Origin: Hyphochytrium catenoides
Lineage: Eukaryota > Protista > Hyphochytriomycota
Direction of reading: 5' to 3'
Assembly (NCBI GenBank): GCA_900088475.1
Contig: FLMG01000804.1
Coordinates: 1 to 38,832 of the forward strand
DNA: 38,832 bases
Positions 33,600-38,832 of this stretch are shown here, one piece after another (position 1 is the first letter of the stretch; every line of letters begins with the position of its first letter). A program made the position numbers and the translations under genes. The notes beneath the pieces were generated by a model. The model saw only the letters and a list, made by a program, of their open reading frames with translations, made no database searches and was not told the DNA's origin.

Positions 33600-36500
33600 T
33601 GTGCCCTTCTCACCATCATATCACTTCTTCTCTCCCCGCCATAGGCTGGAACTCTCTCTTGTTTTTCACTAACCCTAACATTTCTGCTTCGCTGACTATT
33701 CTTCTCTTTCTGACTATTCCCTTTATTACTACTGATCTATCTTCTCCGCTCGAAATCCCTCCCTCTGTCCGCCACTTGATGCTCGTCATATTTTTCTTTG
33801 TTGTACTTCTTTCCTCTATCTTTTCACATATTTTGTTAGTGGCCAGGGCACTGTTTTTCTTCCTCCTAGGGGAAGAGAAAAGTATGACGTTGGCCTGTCT
33901 AGAAGTCCTGAGCAGAAGAAACCCTGGCCCTCGGTTCCATCAACGATTCGCAACGGGAAGACTAAACTCTTAGCGCCTTGAGACAACAATTCGGAGCAGG
34001 TATACTACCATTTAGCGGCCTTCCAGACCGTGGATCTTGGAAAAAAAGCATGTGAGGTGAGATCGAGAATAGAAGAAGTAGATGGACGCTTAGTAAAGTG
34101 AAAAAGAGGAAGCGAAGTAGTGACAGCTGCGGCACGAAGAAAGCACAGGCTTCTGAGCAGACCGGTTAATCTCTTATCTTTCTCCAAGTGCAGAAAGGCC
34201 CCAAAATAGTAAACGGAAGGAGAGCAAAATTGATGACGTGTTGTTCCCTCTCTCCCACTCTCTCACTCACTCTTTCTCTCTCTCTTTCTCCTTTTCTTCG
34301 CTTCTCCCTCTTTCTTTTTTAGGTGTCAGAGCCTTGAGCCTTAACAGATGGGCGACCAAGACTCCATAGATCGAATGACACTCCTGTGTTGCCTACTCCG
34401 TAAAGGTATCGCCGAGTCCTCTGATGTTATGTACCGGATTCCCTTGTCGTTAACCAACCGGTGGTACCCGATAGGGAGGATGACAAACTGTATCTCCACT
34501 TCCAACAGACTGGTTAACGAACGCTGAGAGCGACGCCTAAATTGTTGTTTAGTGTTATCAGCCAGGGCAACGTAAGCGGTCAATAACGGGAACAGCCCCA
34601 AGAAGATGACAAGATGCTACACCTCCAAGTAGGAACTAATGATACTTCTAGCCGAAGAGGTTAGAAAGCCTTACACGCAGCCGCGCTGTTGCAGTTCGTG
34701 TCAACGCTGAGGTACGAGTTTACACGAGCGAGCAGCAGCTGGAATGGGGAAAAGAAGTAATAACGCGAAATGCTTCTGCCTGGGGAAAGGAATATGGAGA
34801 GACAACAGCGAGAGCATAATCGACGGCTAACTCTAATGGGACGAAAAGACATAAACAGTAGATGGAGAAGGAAGAAGACGAAGAGAGGAGAGCGGAGTTG
34901 CAGAGAGAAAAAGACAAAGTCATCGCAGAAAAGGACGTCGATTAGGAAGGACTGACGAAGAAAGGAGTAAAAACTGCCACAAGGAGGAGGAGCCCAGCTG
35001 GGGGAACGATACCAACGGCAATGATAGAAGAGAATAAGTGTGTAAGAACGCAAGAGAAAAGAACCTACCTATAAGCTAAAAAAGAGGGAAAGAGTAACAA
35101 AACCGGAACTTCCACGCAGGAAGGAATGAGGACGAGGAATAAAGATCCGAGAAGGCGAGAGAGGGAAATGAGAAATCGAGTGAGATATTGATGAAAGCAG
35201 GATGACTTTTAAAGTCTAGAATTCTCAGGATAAGGGGAGCGGTATATCCGAGAAAGATCCCCTATCGTACCGTCCGCAAAAGCGGGTTGTGAGGCATGAA
35301 CTAGGTAATCCGGCAAGTGGTCTCCTAGCCCACCGCTAACTCCACAAACAGCTAAAGCAGTCTCTTATGGCCGGAAAGTGTAATCGGTCTTCCTTTCGTC
35401 TCATTTCTCCAGTGACTTCTACTAGCCCCTGCATTCGCGGAGACACAAAAATGGGCAAAGAAGAGAGAACAAAAAGGCTAAGAAGGAGAAGATGGAGCGA
35501 GACGAAATAGCAGTCTAACGCAGTGTGAAAGAGGAAGAGATATGGGAGCATGGAAGTGAGAATTATAGAGGCGATAGAGAGGAAAGAAATTGAACAAATA
35601 ACGCGTGAGTTACAAAGAGACAAGGGCGGAAGCGAATAAGTTGTATCAACGTGAACGGAATAGGTGGTGCAAGTAACAAATGACAAGGACGGTCCGAACG
35701 AGTAAACGAGAGAAGGCGACAGATCAAAAGAGTAGGAGAGATGAAAAAGAGTCAGATGTGATGTGAGGTAGACGTGTGACCTCGACAGGAGGGACCAGAA
35801 AAACTGATTTTCGAAAGGAACAGGTCGCCGAAGAGAAAAACTGGCGTCAAAGAGCATAAAGGAAGGGTAGAAGACGTTGGGAAAGAGCGAGTGATGCTGA
35901 CATGGGTAGAGGAGAGAATAGGAAGACGGTATAAAAAGAGACACAGGGAAGACACGGAGGATGCGCCACGGCAATGGGCCCAGAAGAGAGGGAATGAAGG
36001 TAATTGGGAATAGGGAAAGAATGAATAAGAAGAGAGATATGACCTGGGAAATAGGGAAAGGAAAGAGAAGGACCAGAACCTGAAAAGGCAAGAAAGGTGA
36101 CAGAAAAGAAATTATGTGCTGCTCCTCCTTGTATGAGAATGGAAGTTAAGGACAATTAAGGGACTTAGGTAAAAAAGGTCTAGTTGCCTAGACAAAGGCG
36201 GTAGTGACAGAGAGAAAAATGAGGGAAGTGAGAAGGGAGTAGGAAAACAAGGAAGTAGAATCATTAGAGGTCAAGGCATAGGCGAAAACAAACAAGAACA
36301 ACACTAGGATATAGAAGGAAGAAGGAAAGGCGGGACGGGGCAGATAGGTTTGGATGAGGAAGATACTGCAGGGAGATAATGAAAAAGAGAAGAGAGAGCA
36401 AGAGATTGGACAAACAAAAAAGATAGCGTAACAATACAAAGAGACGATAAAGGGTTGTGCTACTTTTAAGTCGCCCAGCTACCATCACGCCCATCTCTAA

Positions 36501-37150
36501 TTATTGTATGACCTATGTTGCTGGGTGGGTAAGCATGGCACATGTCCGTCCTCGCTAAGGAAAGGCGATCCTGATACTTGGCCCGTGTTAATAGCCTGAG
36601 TGGGCGTCACAAGTGGCACCGCTTTTCCACATCCTCCAATAGAAACAAAATAACAACACCCCCAAAACTATGGGTTTTGCCGTAGCATGGGCGTAGAAGT
36701 GGCAAACCCTTTATGTGATTGAGAGGCAGAGCGTACAGAACGTTGACAGTAATTAGCCAGGACGAGAGGAAGGGCGGACCGAAGTTGACTGAACCGTTAT
36801 TGAAGAACGGATGACGTGTGTGCAAGAGAAACTACTGAGAGAGGCAAGATTGGGGCAGGTGTTTGGTGATGGGTGATATGTATGACGTGGGAAGCAGTGA
36901 GGATAGTGGAAAGAAGCCTTAGGAGGAACGAAAAACAAACCAGACCAAAAACGACAGCAGAAGCCCAACAGGGGAGAAAGTAGGAAAAAGTAACAAGGAA
37001 AAGGGCTGAATGGAGAGGCAAAGGGAATGAGAAGAGGGTAGAACATCAACAGGCCATGGGAAGTTGAAGTATGGGATAGGGTTCAGATAAATAAGGCAAG
37101 TCAAAAAAGAGGCTGGACCAAAAATCACCATAAAATAGTAAGCATCTGCA
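33600..37150. other. Non-genic mosaic of strand-biased purine (GA) and pyrimidine (CT) tracts with short mixed blocks; possibly decayed gene or element fragments
   Basis: CT-rich on + at about 33600-33870 and 34245-34320. GA-rich on + at about 34740-35210, 35430-36450 and 36830-37140. No recognisable intact protein. Confidence 0.5.
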
Positions 37151-37159
37151 ATGAAGAAT

Positions 37160-38710
37160 ATGCGTTTAGGGCTACGACTAGGTCTGTGGGTTAGGCTTTT
37201 AGACACCGTAGTAGAGGTTAGAGACCGACTTAAAGTTTACGGCAGCTGTAGGCGGCGCGAACTAGGAGGCGGTTCGGTAAAAGCTAGTAAAGCTTAGGGC
37301 AACGATTTTAGGTAGCAATATACCCCGGGAATTCGAGCAGCATGGTGTTACCGTGGGATAGGGCAGTGGATTAGAGAGTAGGTGGGGAGGTTAAGTGCCC
37401 TCGGTTAGCGCAGGATTCAAGGATCTCATTACATGATACAAGGGAGGATAAGAGGATGGAGAGCAAAAAATGTAGGTCTCTAGAAAGAACGGTAAAGGAG
37501 AGAAAAAGAATTCTGAAACAAATGAAAACTGCTGCATTGGCCGCGAGTTATGGCAGAAGATTAAGACAGGGCGTTATGCCAACGGTGGTGGCAGCGGCTT
37601 ATCGCAAGGGTCATGACAGAGGTTATGGCACCAAGTTGTGGCAGTGGATTATGGCATCAGGCTTAGGGTTAGTGTTCATTGCAGCAAGCTATGGAAGTGG
37701 ATTATCGCAGCAGAATTTCGCAGCGGGCTATGGCGATACGTTATGGCTGATGTTTATAGCAGCGGGTTATATGGCAGCGGGTTAAGACAGTGGATATGGT
37801 CGAGGATTATGGCGGCGGGTTATGGCAGCAGGTTTTGGCAGCAGGATTTGGCAGCGGGTTAGGGCAGCATATCATGGCAGCAGACGATGGCAGTGAGTTA
37901 TGAATGCGGGTTATCCAGGACGTCGATGACAGTGGGTTATGGACGTGGGTTATGGCAAGGCGTAACGGTGAGTTAGGGCAGCTCGCGTAAGGGTTAAGGC
38001 GGCGTGTTAGGGTTATAGCGGCGGTTAAGGGCAGCGGCTATGGGTAGCGGGTAACGGTAGGGGTTAAGGGCGGCGGGTAAAGCTCAGGGGATAAGGTAAT
38101 GGGTTCGGGCAGCCATTTAGGGCAGCGTTTAGGGCTGCGGTTCAGCGCAGCAGCTTCGGGTAGCGCTTAAGGACAGGGGGGTAAAGTTAGTGTTAGCGTT
38201 AGGGAAAGGGCAGGGGGTTACAATGAGGGTAAGGGCAGCTTGTTAGGGCAGCGTGTTAAGGCAGCTTGTTAGGGCAGCGTGTTAGGGCAGCGTGTCAGGG
38301 CAGCGTGTTAAGCTAGTGGTAGCGTTAACTAAAGAGCAACGGGTTAGAGGGTTAAAGTAAGAGCCGTGGGTTACGACGAGGGTAAGGGTAGCGTGTTAGG
38401 GCAGAGTGTTATGCCAGAGTGTTATGACAGCGAGTTATGGTAGCGTGTTATGGCAGCATTTTAGGGCAGCGTGGTAGGGCAGCGTGTTAAAGCAGCGTGT
38501 TAGGGCAGCGTGTTAGAGAGGGTGATAGGCAGCGTCTTAAGTAGGTATTAGCGTTAGGGAGAGGGCAGCGAGCTAGAGGGTTCCAGTAAGGGTAGGGGAA
38601 TAGGATAAGGGTAAGGGCAGCGTGTTTGGGCAACGTGTGAGAGGAGCATGCTAGGGCAACGTGTTAAGTTAGTGTTGGGTTGGGAAAAGAGAAACGGCGG
38701 TTAGAGGTAC
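37160..38710 (+). repeat. Degenerate telomere-like (TTAGGG-containing) 13-bp satellite, probably subtelomeric
   Basis: Units GTTATGGCAGCGG dominate about 37545-37960 and GTTAGGGCAGCGT/G dominate about 37970-38665 (e.g. gttagggcagcgtgttagggcagcgtgt at 38268). The G-rich strand points towards the window end. Confidence 0.88.
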
Positions 38711-38741
38711 GTGTGAGAGGCACAGGTTGGACAAGTTTTAT

Positions 38742-38765
38742 TTGTATTTGTGTACACAAATACAA
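38742..38765. repeat. Perfect 24-bp palindrome TTGTATTTGTGT|ACACAAATACAA in an AT-rich block
   Basis: The 12-bp arms pair exactly with no spacer. Outer TTTATTTG (38737-38744) is also complementary to CAAATAAA (38769-38776). Confidence 0.92.
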
Positions 38766-38832
38766 TCGCAAATAAATATTAGAAGTTTGTGTAAATATAG
38801 ATAATTGTACATAAAATGGAGGAGCCTATTTG

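Noticed and set aside
35210-35430. Weak resemblance to LSU rRNA words on + and a copia-like GIFLGY peptide on -
   Set aside because: The matches are only a few residues long, with no continuous similarity.
35336-36091. 251-aa hydrophobic minus-strand ORF, and similar ORFs at 33599-33973, 34661-35053 and 36188-37206
   Set aside because: F/L/S/P-rich translations are expected from CT-rich, stop-poor strands. No motif and no credible start.
36520-36642. Plus-frame GKAILILGP...W peptide reminiscent of the DIRS-element methyltransferase region
   Set aside because: The frame has multiple stops, lacks an NPPF/W motif, and has no RT or recombinase nearby.
37456-37862. ORFs with repeated AAGYG-like peptides
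   Set aside because: They are translations of the 13-bp satellite, with no evidence of coding.
37540-38710. Possible CRISPR-like repeat/spacer array
   Set aside because: Short degenerate tandem units with no unique spacers, in a eukaryotic context with no cas genes.
1-38832. tRNA, rRNA or snRNA genes; intact transposase or reverse transcriptase; introner-like repeated introns
   Set aside because: By eye I recognised no cloverleaf or rRNA signature, no TE protein motifs and no mutually similar introns. Covariance-model and all-versus-all intron searches were not possible.

Overview
Intron-rich eukaryotic nuclear DNA, probably a flagellated stramenopile-like protist (inferred from protein features and TTAGGG-based repeats, not proven). 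From 1 to 33.1 kb it is gene-dense with seven spliced genes. These are: the 3' end of mitochondrial ribosomal protein S9 (+); a small RS/K-rich protein (-); Sec31 (+); a GMPPB-type GDP-mannose pyrophosphorylase (-); a secretory-pathway GT60 GlcNAc-transferase (+); an Enhancer-of-zeste H3K27 methyltransferase (-); and a ~20-exon gene for a ~2,600-aa protein (+). The last is the most striking item. After manual splicing it combines a motor-less dynein-stalk microtubule-binding-like domain, ubiquitin-like folds, a p25-alpha/TPPP domain, about five IQ motifs, four WW domains and TPR-like helices, which suggests a calmodulin-regulated microtubule/axoneme scaffold. From 33.2 kb the window is non-genic: a strand-biased purine/pyrimidine mosaic, then a ~1.5 kb degenerate TTAGGG-containing 13-bp satellite (probably subtelomeric), ending at an AT-rich block with a perfect 24-bp palindrome. 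Non-coding DNA appears CTAG/TAG-rich, possibly from CWG/CpA cytosine deamination. All exon boundaries were inferred by eye and no database searches were run.
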